A DNA stretch of 64,000 bases from an uncultured Eggerthellaceae bacterium (GTDB lineage Bacteria; Actinomycetota; Coriobacteriia; Coriobacteriales; Eggerthellaceae), in NCBI GenBank assembly GCA_910588205.1, contig CAJUQK010000012.1, positions 467-64,466 on the forward strand. Direction: 5' to 3'. Position 1 is the first letter of the stretch, and the number at the start of each line of letters is the position of its first letter. Shown here one piece after another: positions 17,205 through 25,036 of this stretch. The translations under genes were made by a program, and so were the position numbers. Under the pieces are notes generated by a model that was not told the DNA's origin, ran no database searches, and worked only from the letters and a program-made list of their open reading frames with translations.

Positions 17205-20200
17205 GGCGGAATGTTCTTGCCTCGATGCAGGCAGCCAACACTCCGTCTCACATCTTGAAAGCCATTCTCATCATCTCGCTCGTCCTAGGGCTTGTGCCTT
17301 TTGGCGTGCTAGCCATGCCTGAGAAAGCATACGCATCCGCCTATGCGTACCTCTCGGTCGGGGGCAAGATCCCTTACGCCGGATGGACGACCACATGCTT
17401 CTCGGTCTTCGGCAACGAAGCCTATTGCGGCGATCCCTCAAGCGACACGCCAGCCGCCGGCACCTACCGAGTCGAGGAGATAACCGACGCTGCGCTCCTG
17501 GCCGGGTTGTGGTTCGGATATGGCGGTCCGGGATTCGACGCCTCCATGTGGCCGAGCAGCTGGTATGACGGCTCAGGCATGACGGCGAACCGCTATCGCG
17601 CCCTCACGCATATCGTGCTGTCGGATACTTACGCGCACAACGGCCACTACTCATATGGGCAATGCAACAGCAGCTTCGTGCGCTGGTGCCAAGACAACGT
17701 CATCGGCTTCTCAATTTCCACTGGGGAGCTGGTCAACGAGAATGCCGTCAACGTCCGGATCAATTGGAATGCCTTTCTGCTGAACGGCGCAGGCGAGTCT
17801 TACGGCGACGTTCCTGCCGGATTCAAAGGCTATCTGATGCACACCGGATCGCGCACGCAGGTCATCCTCGCGTTCGACTACCATCCCTATGGCTCCCTGG
17901 AGATCCACAAGGCGTCCGCGAACCCCGACATATCCACCGGGAACGATTGCTACACCCTGGAAGGCGCGGTCTACGGTCTCTATACCGATCCCGGATGCAC
18001 GAACCTCATGCGAAGCATCACGACCAACGCTGATGGCGTTGCGCGCGCAGACGAGGTGCCCATCGGCACCTATTACGTGAAGGAGATATCGGCACCGCGA
18101 GGCTACGCGCTCTCCTATGATGTGAGCAGCGTGGTCATCGAGGTGGAGCAGACCACCTACCTTGATGCCGTCGACATCCCCCAGAACGACCCCGCCTACT
18201 TCTGTGTCCAGAAGTACGACGGCGAGCGCACCTACTTCGCGCACAATCTGCCGCAAGGCTCAGCTAGCCTCGGCGGTGCCGAGTACCAGCTCGACTACTA
18301 CGACGGCTACTACGGCACGCTCGCCGATGCCGAGCGCTCCGGCGCTCCCACCCGCACCTGGATCGTGCGAACCGATGAGGATGGGTTCGCAGCGCTCGAT
18401 CAGGACTACGTCGTCTCCGGTGGTTCTCTCTACACGGACACCCACGGCAACGCCACATTGCCACTCGGTACGCTCGTGATCCGCGAGACCAAGGCTCCTG
18501 AGGGCTACCTTCTGGACAGCAGTACTGTCTACGTGCAGCAGATCACGCCCCAAGGCCACCTTGAGACCGTCTACACCTATGTCACCCCGATCCACCCCGA
18601 GCAAGTCATCCGCGGCGGCGTGTCCATTGAGAAGCGCGACATCGAAAGCAACCTTCTCACGCCCCTTGGCAGCGCCACCTTGGACAAGACCGAGTTCAAG
18701 ATCACCAACCGCTCAGCAAACACGGTCATCGTCGACGGCATCGACTATGCCCCCGGTGCCGTGGTCAAGACCATCTACACCGATGGCGCTGTCGCATCCA
18801 CGGCTGCTGACTGCCTGCCCTATGGCCATTACTCCATCCAGGAGACGGCACCCAGCACGGGCTATCTGCTGACGGATACCACCGAGCGGTTCTTCGACAT
18901 CGTCAACGACGGCGAGATCGTGAAGATCGAGGGCGACAAGGCACCTCATAACCAGGTGAAGCGCGGCGATGTGGAGCTCGTCAAGGTCCGCGAATCCGAC
19001 CAGCGCCGCCTCGATGGCATTCCCTTCAGGATCACTTCGGAGACCACGGGCGAATCCCATGTGTTCGTCACCGACGAGAATGGCGAGGCGAAGACCGAGG
19101 CAGCTTGGAACCCGCACACCCAGCGCACCAATGCCAACGATGATGCGGTGGCGGAGGACGAAACCGTTGACGAGTCGAAGTTAGATAGCGAGGCTGGCAT
19201 CTGGTTCGGGCTGACCACCGAAGGCTGGACCGTGAAGACAGACGATGCGCTCGGGGCGCTGCCCTACGACACCTACCAGATCGACGAGCTCGGCTGCTCC
19301 AAGAACGAGGGCCTTGAGCTCGTGAGCATGAAGCTGCGCGTCTCTCGCCACGCCTACCAGGTGGACCTGGGGAGCGTGGACAACCAGCCGAAGGGGCAGA
19401 TCACCCTCTCGACCACTGCGCGTGATGGACATGACGGCGACAAGGTCCTGACGCCCGACCCCGAGGCAACGCTCATCGACCGCGTCGAGTACACGGGGCT
19501 CACCGTCGGCACGACCTACACCATGCAGGGCACGCTCATGGACAAGGCCACGGGCGAGCCGGTCAAGCGCGACGACGGCACGAGCGTCACCGCATCCAAG
19601 ACCTTCAAAGCCGAAAGCGCCAGCGGCTACGTTGAGCTTGAGTTCGCCTTCGATGCCACCAAGCTCGCAGGCCATCCCACGGTCGCCTTCGAGGTGCTGG
19701 TGGACACGGCAACGGATGCTGCGGTTGCAGAGCATACCGACATCGAGGACTTCGACCAGACGGTCAACGTCAACGAGCCGAAGATCGGCACGACCGCCAA
19801 GGACGGCCTTGACGGGGACCATGCCGTCATCGCAGACGGCAAGGCGAAGGTCGTGGACACCATCACCTACCGTGGTCTCATGGTGGGCAAGGAGTACACC
19901 GCCGAGGGCACCATCATGGCAGTCGGGCCCGACGGGGCAGAGCCGCTCAAGGACGCTGATGGCAATCCGGTCACCGCGTCCGTGGCCTTCACCCCCGAGG
20001 ATGCCAATGGCAGCATCGACGTCACCTTCGAGTTCGACGCCTCTCTGCTTGCCGGCACGAAGCTCGTCGCCTTCGAGAAGGTGCTTCGCGCTGGTGCCGT
20101 CATCGCCGACCACGAGGACCCTGACGATCCCTCGCAGACCGTGGATGTGGTCGCACCCGGGATCGGGACGTATGCGTTCGATGAGGTGGATGGCGACAAG

Positions 20201-21262
20201 GATGTCGTGGCGGACACCTCATCCAAGGTCGTTGACAAGGTGTCCTATCAGAACCTCGTTCCCGGCAGGAGCTACGTTGCCTATGGCATCGTGTTCGACA
20301 AGGAGGGTATGCCCGCCGTTTCCTCTGAGGATGAGGTCTCCGAAGACGATGTCCGCTGGCTTTTCGAGCAGGCTGCAGAGACGCTCGGCTACCAGATCGC
20401 AGATGAGGCAGGCGAGCTTTCCGCGCTCCCTCGAACGCTCGATGCGGGTCGCCTTGAGGCGTTGCTCAAGTCGGCCGAGAGCGCATCTTGGCTCGTTTGG
20501 GGCAAAAGCGAGTTCACCCCTGATGCCCAGAGCGGCAGCACCGATGTGCCCTTCGAGCTCGACAGCCGCAAGCTCGCTGGCAAAGAGCTGGTGGTGCTTG
20601 AGTTCTTGATAGACCTCGATGACGATGAGGCCAGGCTCGTCGCAGACCACGTTGACCTGGCGAGCGTTGACCAATCCTTCGACGTGGTTGCGAGCAGCAT
20701 CGGAACGCTCGCGCGAGACAAGTCTGACGGCGACCACTCCGTTTTGGCATGCAGGGATGCAGTCATCGTGGACATCGTGAGTTACGCGAACCTGATCCCC
20801 GGGCTTGAGTACGAGCTTTCCGGCGTCCTCATGGACAAGGCCGCGGGCAAGGAGCTCATGATCGGCGACAAGCCGGTCAAATCCAGCATCCGCTTCACGC
20901 CCAACGCATCTGCAGGCGAGATCGAGGTGGAGTTCTCCTTCGATTCGACGGGCATAGAGGATCACGACCTCGTTGTCTTCGAATACCTCACCAAAGACGA
21001 CGTTCCCGTGGCGGAGCATACGGACATCAACGACGAGGCGCAGACCGTGCATGTGACCGATGCGGAGCTCACGCACACCAGGACCGGCTTCTACGACAAG
21101 ACCGGCGTTGACCAACGCGCTCTCTTTGCGCTTGTTGCCGTGCTGCTGGTCGGCGGAGCCATCGCAGGTGGCTACGGCCTCCGCAAGCTCATGGCCAAGC
21201 GCTCGGATGAAGGCGACGACAGCACAGCCGAATCAGAGGAATCGCCCAAGGAAGACGAATAA
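17201..21262 (+). CDS. Giant surface adhesin: signal peptide, Cna-B/SpaA-like (prealbumin-fold) domains, four VaFE/Thr-Gln ester-bond-type repeats, and a C-terminal sorting-like signal
   Basis: Signal peptide …MPEKAYA. SpaA-type modules (GSLEIHK…GTYYVKEISAPRGYAL; GTLVIRETKAPEGYLL; GHYSIQETAPSTGYLL). Repeats carry V(A/V)FE and H-x-D-x-x-D-x-x-QTV motifs. The end is FYDKTG plus a TM helix, RKLMAKR and an acidic tail. Confidence 0.9.
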   Translation: MRRNVLASMQAANTPSHILKAILIISLVLGLVPFGVLAMPEKAYASAYAYLSVGGKIPYAGWTTTCFSVFGNEAYCGDPSSDTPAAGTYRVEEITDAALLAGLWFGYGGPGFDASMWPSSWYDGSGMTANRYRALTHIVLSDTYAHNGHYSYGQCNSSFVRWCQDNVIGFSISTGELVNENAVNVRINWNAFLLNGAGESYGDVPAGFKGYLMHTGSRTQVILAFDYHPYGSLEIHKASANPDISTGNDCYTLEGAVYGLYTDPGCTNLMRSITTNADGVARADEVPIGTYYVKEISAPRGYALSYDVSSVVIEVEQTTYLDAVDIPQNDPAYFCVQKYDGERTYFAHNLPQGSASLGGAEYQLDYYDGYYGTLADAERSGAPTRTWIVRTDEDGFAALDQDYVVSGGSLYTDTHGNATLPLGTLVIRETKAPEGYLLDSSTVYVQQITPQGHLETVYTYVTPIHPEQVIRGGVSIEKRDIESNLLTPLGSATLDKTEFKITNRSANTVIVDGIDYAPGAVVKTIYTDGAVASTAADCLPYGHYSIQETAPSTGYLLTDTTERFFDIVNDGEIVKIEGDKAPHNQVKRGDVELVKVRESDQRRLDGIPFRITSETTGESHVFVTDENGEAKTEAAWNPHTQRTNANDDAVAEDETVDESKLDSEAGIWFGLTTEGWTVKTDDALGALPYDTYQIDELGCSKNEGLELVSMKLRVSRHAYQVDLGSVDNQPKGQITLSTTARDGHDGDKVLTPDPEATLIDRVEYTGLTVGTTYTMQGTLMDKATGEPVKRDDGTSVTASKTFKAESASGYVELEFAFDATKLAGHPTVAFEVLVDTATDAAVAEHTDIEDFDQTVNVNEPKIGTTAKDGLDGDHAVIADGKAKVVDTITYRGLMVGKEYTAEGTIMAVGPDGAEPLKDADGNPVTASVAFTPEDANGSIDVTFEFDASLLAGTKLVAFEKVLRAGAVIADHEDPDDPSQTVDVVAPGIGTYAFDEVDGDKDVVADTSSKVVDKVSYQNLVPGRSYVAYGIVFDKEGMPAVSSEDEVSEDDVRWLFEQAAETLGYQIADEAGELSALPRTLDAGRLEALLKSAESASWLVWGKSEFTPDAQSGSTDVPFELDSRKLAGKELVVLEFLIDLDDDEARLVADHVDLASVDQSFDVVASSIGTLARDKSDGDHSVLACRDAVIVDIVSYANLIPGLEYELSGVLMDKAAGKELMIGDKPVKSSIRFTPNASAGEIEVEFSFDSTGIEDHDLVVFEYLTKDDVPVAEHTDINDEAQTVHVTDAELTHTRTGFYDKTGVDQRALFALVAVLLVGGAIAGGYGLRKLMAKRSDEGDDSTAESEESPKEDE
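19400..21062 (+). repeat. Four tandem coding repeats (about 125 aa each; the third carries a roughly 60-aa insertion) of the VaFE/ester-bond domain
   Basis: Repeat starts are ITLSTTARDGHDGD, PKIGTTAKDGLDGD, PGIGTYAFDEVDGD and SSIGTLARDKSDGD. Each ends H(T/E/V)D…(D/E)(Q)T/S(V/F)(N/D/H)V. Confidence 0.75.
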
Positions 21263-21322
21263 GCATCGTGAGGCCCTTCGTTCGTTCGAGGGGTCTCGCT
21301 CCATCGACAAAGCGAGGAACAA

Positions 21323-21868
21323 GTGAATCAGAACGACCAAGGGGCATTGGGCCCCGATGAAGCCATGCACGCCCCAGTGGCGCATGAAGGCCAAGCGAGC
21401 AAGAAGGGATGGCGCGACCACATGCCCATAGCAGTGGCATCCTGTGCCGTGGCGCTCTCGATCACGTGCTGCCTATGCTGTGCGTTCGCGCCTCTTGGCA
21501 GCCCGCCCGAGAACGGAGATCCTGGTGCCTCAAGCAAACAGAGCGCCGTGGTCACCCATGAGCATGATTGGGCGATCGATTACGAGACGGTCCACCATGA
21601 TGCCCAGACGCACGAGGAGATCGTGCAACCGGTCTACGAGACCGTCATCACCTATCACAGCGTATGCAACGAATGTAACGAGCTGATCGACGGGCATGCT
21701 GCAGAGCATATCGTCATCACGGGCCACAGCGGCTACTCTACGAACGTCCCCGTGGAGGAGACCCGGAAGGTGGCCGATGGGCGAATCGACGTCATCGAGG
21801 ACAGCCCTGAATACGACGAGCTCGTAGCTGCGGGCCGTACCTGCACCATCTGCGGGAGGACGTCCTGA
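21323..21868 (+). CDS. Membrane-anchored His/Cys-rich protein (HxHxW … CxxC … CxxC); paralog of 24060..24728
   Basis: TM segment IAVASCAVALSITCCLCCAF. Ectodomain THEHDWAIDYE…VCNECNELIDGHAAEHIVITGHSGYS…CTICG. The start is uncertain (GTG 21323, ATG 21365 or ATG 21422). Confidence 0.5.
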   Translation: MNQNDQGALGPDEAMHAPVAHEGQASKKGWRDHMPIAVASCAVALSITCCLCCAFAPLGSPPENGDPGASSKQSAVVTHEHDWAIDYETVHHDAQTHEEIVQPVYETVITYHSVCNECNELIDGHAAEHIVITGHSGYSTNVPVEETRKVADGRIDVIEDSPEYDELVAAGRTCTICGRTS

Positions 21869-22644
21869 TGTCCGCAAGGAAACGCTTGATAGCGGGAGCG
21901 GCCCTCTTCATGAGTGCCGCTCTCATTGCCGGAGCAATATGGATCTGCGCCGACATGCAAAGGCAGCTCGATGACGCCACGCCAGAGCCGAGCCCGGTCA
22001 CCATGACCAAACCCTATCCGGACGGATTCCCTATGGTGGATTGGGAGTATTGGGAGAGCATCAACCCTGACATCATCGGATGGGTCACCATTCCGGAGAC
22101 CTCCATCGACCTTCCCATCGTGCAAGGGCCTGCGGAGGACCCGGATTACTACCTCTCCCATGACATCTACAAGAACCCCAACGCGAATGGCTGTCCTTAC
22201 CTGGACGCCGAATGCGCTGAGATGGGCCTCCTGTCGCGCAACTGCGTCATCTTCGCCCACCATTCATCGAACGGGGCGATGTTCTCAGACCTTGCGAAGT
22301 ACTCAGACCTGGAGTTCGCCAACGAGCATCCGAGGATCTTGCTGCAGACGCCGGACTGGAGGGCCACGCTCATGCCGCGCATGGTGGACGTCGTGAACGC
22401 CTCGAATGAACCGAAGCAGATCATCTTCGAGGATGATGCGGAGTTCGATTCGTGGTGGCAGGGGAAGCGCTCAGGCGCCACGCTGGACATAGACTCCGTC
22501 GAGACGCCGGCACGGGCCTACTCATTCGTCACGTGCTCCTACAACACGTGGAAGAACGAGCGCACCATCGTCTACGCATCCAAACGCGGCTGGACCGTCT
22601 GGCCCGAGGCCAACCCACCGGAGGTCAGCGAAGCTGTCGGATGA
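21868..22644 (+). CDS. srtB: Class B sortase
   Basis: DIIGWVTIPETSIDLPIVQG…DPDYYLSHD…NCVIFAHHSSNGAMFSDL and catalytic YSFVTCSY. ATGA overlap with the upstream gene. Confidence 0.85.
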   Translation: MSARKRLIAGAALFMSAALIAGAIWICADMQRQLDDATPEPSPVTMTKPYPDGFPMVDWEYWESINPDIIGWVTIPETSIDLPIVQGPAEDPDYYLSHDIYKNPNANGCPYLDAECAEMGLLSRNCVIFAHHSSNGAMFSDLAKYSDLEFANEHPRILLQTPDWRATLMPRMVDVVNASNEPKQIIFEDDAEFDSWWQGKRSGATLDIDSVETPARAYSFVTCSYNTWKNERTIVYASKRGWTVWPEANPPEVSEAVG

Positions 22645-23431
22645 AGCGGGGGAGCCACGCGGCGATGTCCACGGGCTTCGTATCCGTCCAGGACCTCGAA
22701 GACGTCTTCATGCGCATTTGGAAGGGCTTGTTGCTGAGAGTATGGCTTGCCCTGTCTGCGATGCCGTCCAAGTCCGCATCCCACATATCCTCGTCCTCGA
22801 CGATCAGAAGCTCGATGTAGTGCAGAAGGAGGGCGCGATCGAGCGAGTCCATGTGGCCGATGTAGTACATATCGTGGAGGTCCCTGTACCGCGTTGACCT
22901 TATCCCATGGAGCAGGAGGCTCTTCAGCTTCTCAGCGAACATCTGCTCCTTCGAGTTCGCCAGCAGGGACACGCCGTCATCGTTCTGGGCTATGTCGAAC
23001 CAGCGCTCCTCTTGCTCCAGATCCAGCTTCGCATGAACGCCAAGGTCGAGCTTCGTGCCGAAGGTTGCAGCACCGTCGGTAATCTCTAGAAGAACTCGCT
23101 TGCCTTTGTAATCCTGCTGGGAGAGCTCCTCGATGCGTCCCTTTATCCTTATCTCGATCTCGTCATCGACGTTCGATAGGGCGCTGATGAAGCGCCTTAT
23201 CGCATCATCGGAGATCGAGTAGCTGATGAAGTCGAGGTCTATGTCCTGCGTCGCCCGTCTTTGATTGCCGGAGATTGCGCACATGAGAACGCCGCCCTTG
23301 ATCGCGACGTTCCTGCTCATAGGCGACCTGGAGATCCTATCCAAGATGACATCCTGGCACGCACGGGCCGTTGCGTTCAGCTCGCTGTATCCAGCATTCT
23401 CATACTTTAGCCTGATCTCGCTCAGATCCAT
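22625..23431 (-). CDS. AbiEii/AbiGii-family nucleotidyltransferase toxin (type IV TA / abortive infection)
   Basis: NVAIKGGVLMC…RRATQDIDLDF is the NTase motif of the DUF1814/AbiEii family. ATGA overlap with the upstream AbiEi-like gene. Confidence 0.85.
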   Translation of the reverse strand: MDLSEIRLKYENAGYSELNATARACQDVILDRISRSPMSRNVAIKGGVLMCAISGNQRRATQDIDLDFISYSISDDAIRRFISALSNVDDEIEIRIKGRIEELSQQDYKGKRVLLEITDGAATFGTKLDLGVHAKLDLEQEERWFDIAQNDDGVSLLANSKEQMFAEKLKSLLLHGIRSTRYRDLHDMYYIGHMDSLDRALLLHYIELLIVEDEDMWDADLDGIADRASHTLSNKPFQMRMKTSSRSWTDTKPVDIAAWLPRFIRQLR

Positions 23432-23973
23432 CAGAACACCTCTTCAAGTACGCGGTTGAGATATGACCCACCCCGAGGGATGCGCTTCGCATATTCCTCC
23501 AGTTTGTACATATCCAGTCTGTCTGCAAGTCTGCGATACGAGTTCACTGCTTCGCGATAGATGTCATAGGGGAGCTTGTTGCGCGACCTCATGAGCTCAA
23601 GGAGCATCCTTTCGAGATCGAACACCCGCACCTCAGTACCATCATGGATTGTGGTGGTCGCGCCGACCTGCAGCCAATCTTCAGGAATGTAGCTTGGCTG
23701 GATAGCCGGATTCGTGATCTTGGTTCCACCGCGCTTCGTGGCCACGTCAACGCGCTCTGGCGGAAGGTCTATCAGGTTGTGGAGATACAGCGCCGTAGGG
23801 CCCGTGACGACCGTATCAGGATAGAGCTTGGCAAGAGAGCCCAGGATGCTGTCAGATGCCTCGGTTGCATAGAGGTTCCTGCCCAGGTGACGGATCTCAC
23901 CGGACTTCACAGCTTGCCTCAAGCCGTATTGGCCGCCGCTTTGGGCATTCGCTTCTTTGTACGTGAGCAGCAT
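23431..23973 (-). CDS. AbiEi-like antitoxin/transcriptional regulator
   Basis: N-terminal wHTH-like LRQAVKSGEIRHLGRNLYA. C-terminal VVTGPTALYLHNL…VFDLERMLLEL matches the AbiEi pattern. Translationally coupled to AbiEii. Confidence 0.75.
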   Translation of the reverse strand: MLLTYKEANAQSGGQYGLRQAVKSGEIRHLGRNLYATEASDSILGSLAKLYPDTVVTGPTALYLHNLIDLPPERVDVATKRGGTKITNPAIQPSYIPEDWLQVGATTTIHDGTEVRVFDLERMLLELMRSRNKLPYDIYREAVNSYRRLADRLDMYKLEEYAKRIPRGGSYLNRVLEEVF

Positions 23974-23990
23974 GGAGGTGTCCTAAATAC

Positions 23991-24028
23991 ATAACCGCCT
24001 ACATTTGCAGTTAATTGTAGGCGGTTAT
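23991..24028 (-). terminator. Terminator hairpin downstream of the 24060..24728 gene
   Basis: Perfect 13-bp stem ATAACCGCCTACA/TGTAGGCGGTTAT with a 12-nt loop, followed on the minus strand by GTATTT. Confidence 0.6.
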
Positions 24029-24059
24029 GGACATTCAAGCAAGATTGCGCTCGTTGGTC

Positions 24060-24728
24060 TTACTTAGTTGCGCCGCAGGAGCACTTGTAGCCGGCGATCT
24101 CGTACTCGATGTGCGTCTTTGCAGGATGATTGATGGTGCCGCAAGGAACCTGCTTGGTAGAGGAGTACGTGCCTCCGCCTTCTCCAGCCAGCGCGTGAGC
24201 CTTGCCGTGCTGGAGGATGCTGCGCCCCTGCTTGTCGCCGTTCGTTATGTCCTCGCCGCAAGCGCTGCACATGACGCGCTCTTCGGTTCTGTATTGCGTT
24301 TCTGTATAGGCCGCCACATCAATAACCTCGTACGGCTTCGTCACCGGCTCCCAAGTGTGCTTGTGTCCCTCGGAAGCCACAGGCTGGCTAGCCGGTGCTG
24401 GGTTGCCAGCATGGCCGCCATGGGCAACGGGCGTTGGCTCGCCTGCAGCCTCAGCAGTCGCTCGGGACTCACTGAGTCTGGTAACACTTCCAGATTCGCC
24501 TACGGACTCCTCTTCAACGAGAGCTTCGGCGTCATCGCCTGGCTCCGAATCAGTGGTCCCTTCATCGTTCAAGCTGCCGGTGATTTCCTCAACAGGAGAG
24601 AGCTTCCCCTCTTCGATGGCAACGGCCTTCTGCATGGCGCAAGCCGTCAGGGATCCAAGCACGAGAGCTGCTAGGACCGCAGCAACAACGATCAGTCCTT
24701 TCTTATCCGTCTTCTTCAGCGTTTTCAT
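24060..24728 (-). CDS. Lipoprotein with a His/Cys-rich ectodomain (HxHxW … CxxC … CxC); paralog of 21323..21868
   Basis: MKTLKK…VLGSLTACA signal with lipobox. GHKHTWEPV…VMCSACGEDI…HGKAH…YSS…VPCG…YKCSCG. Start moved to ATG 24728. Confidence 0.55.
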   Translation of the reverse strand: MKTLKKTDKKGLIVVAAVLAALVLGSLTACAMQKAVAIEEGKLSPVEEITGSLNDEGTTDSEPGDDAEALVEEESVGESGSVTRLSESRATAEAAGEPTPVAHGGHAGNPAPASQPVASEGHKHTWEPVTKPYEVIDVAAYTETQYRTEERVMCSACGEDITNGDKQGRSILQHGKAHALAGEGGGTYSSTKQVPCGTINHPAKTHIEYEIAGYKCSCGATK

Positions 24729-24960
24729 CCTTATCAACTCCTTTGCATTCAGAGAGTTCGGGTAACGGAACAAGGGCATAGAAATATCCCGCTTTGGCTC
24801 TGTCAGCAGTGATCGGGAATGGGATTGCGCGTTCCCTGATAACAGCCTTCAAGAACAGCTCAACGCCACCCGAAAGCGAGATTCCCATTTCAGCGAGGAC
24901 TTGCTGCGCCTCTTCCTTGATCGAGCTATCTAGCGTGATCGTGAACCTATCTTTAGCCAA
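24703..24960 (-). CDS. RelB/DinJ-family antitoxin-like protein (no cognate toxin gene adjacent)
   Basis: MAKDRFTITLDSSIKEEAQQVLAEMGISLSGGVELFLKAVIRERAIPFPI matches the DinJ pattern (RiD..lK.eA..vl..lGls…iPF). GAGGAGG RBS. Confidence 0.7.
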   Translation of the reverse strand: MAKDRFTITLDSSIKEEAQQVLAEMGISLSGGVELFLKAVIRERAIPFPITADRAKAGYFYALVPLPELSECKGVDKDENAEEDG

Positions 24961-24980
24961 AGCAGTTTCGCCTCCTCTGT

Positions 24981-25020
24981 AGTATGTATAGAGTATGTAT
25001 TAAATATATACTTATGTCAA
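24981..25020 (-). promoter_or_regulatory. Promoter/operator region of the DinJ-like gene: TTGACA -35 and two AGTATGTAT direct repeats 11 bp apart
   Basis: Repeats at 24981-24989 and 24992-25000. Minus-strand TTGACA at 25020-25015. AT-rich island between the relaxase stop and the DinJ start. Confidence 0.4.
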
Positions 25021-25036
25021 GAGCAGCAGAAGCTGG

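Noticed and set aside
17330-17900. Possible thioester (TED/TQXA) domain at the adhesin N-terminus (…NEAYCGDPSSDTPAAGTY… and RTQVILAF).
   Set aside because: A Cys in a Y-C context and a later TQ exist, but the canonical C-x-Q / TQxA(I/V)W spacing could not be verified by eye. Not claimed.
19400-21062. Tandem repeats that might be mistaken for a CRISPR-like or satellite array.
   Set aside because: The repeat units are about 375 nt, in frame and divergent at the nucleotide level. They are protein-domain repeats of the adhesin. No short direct repeats with spacers exist anywhere in the window.
19181-21115. Long antisense ORFs inside the adhesin gene (19181..20113 and 20219..21115 on the minus strand), plus similar ones opposite VirB4 (12048..12779), the truncated adhesin (55093..56178), the lipoprotein gene (24027..24674) and the SRPBCC/MarR genes (56461..57255).
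   Set aside because: They are Arg/Gly/His/Asp-rich with no motifs and lie exactly opposite genes with strong motif support. These are typical shadow ORFs of GC-rich DNA.
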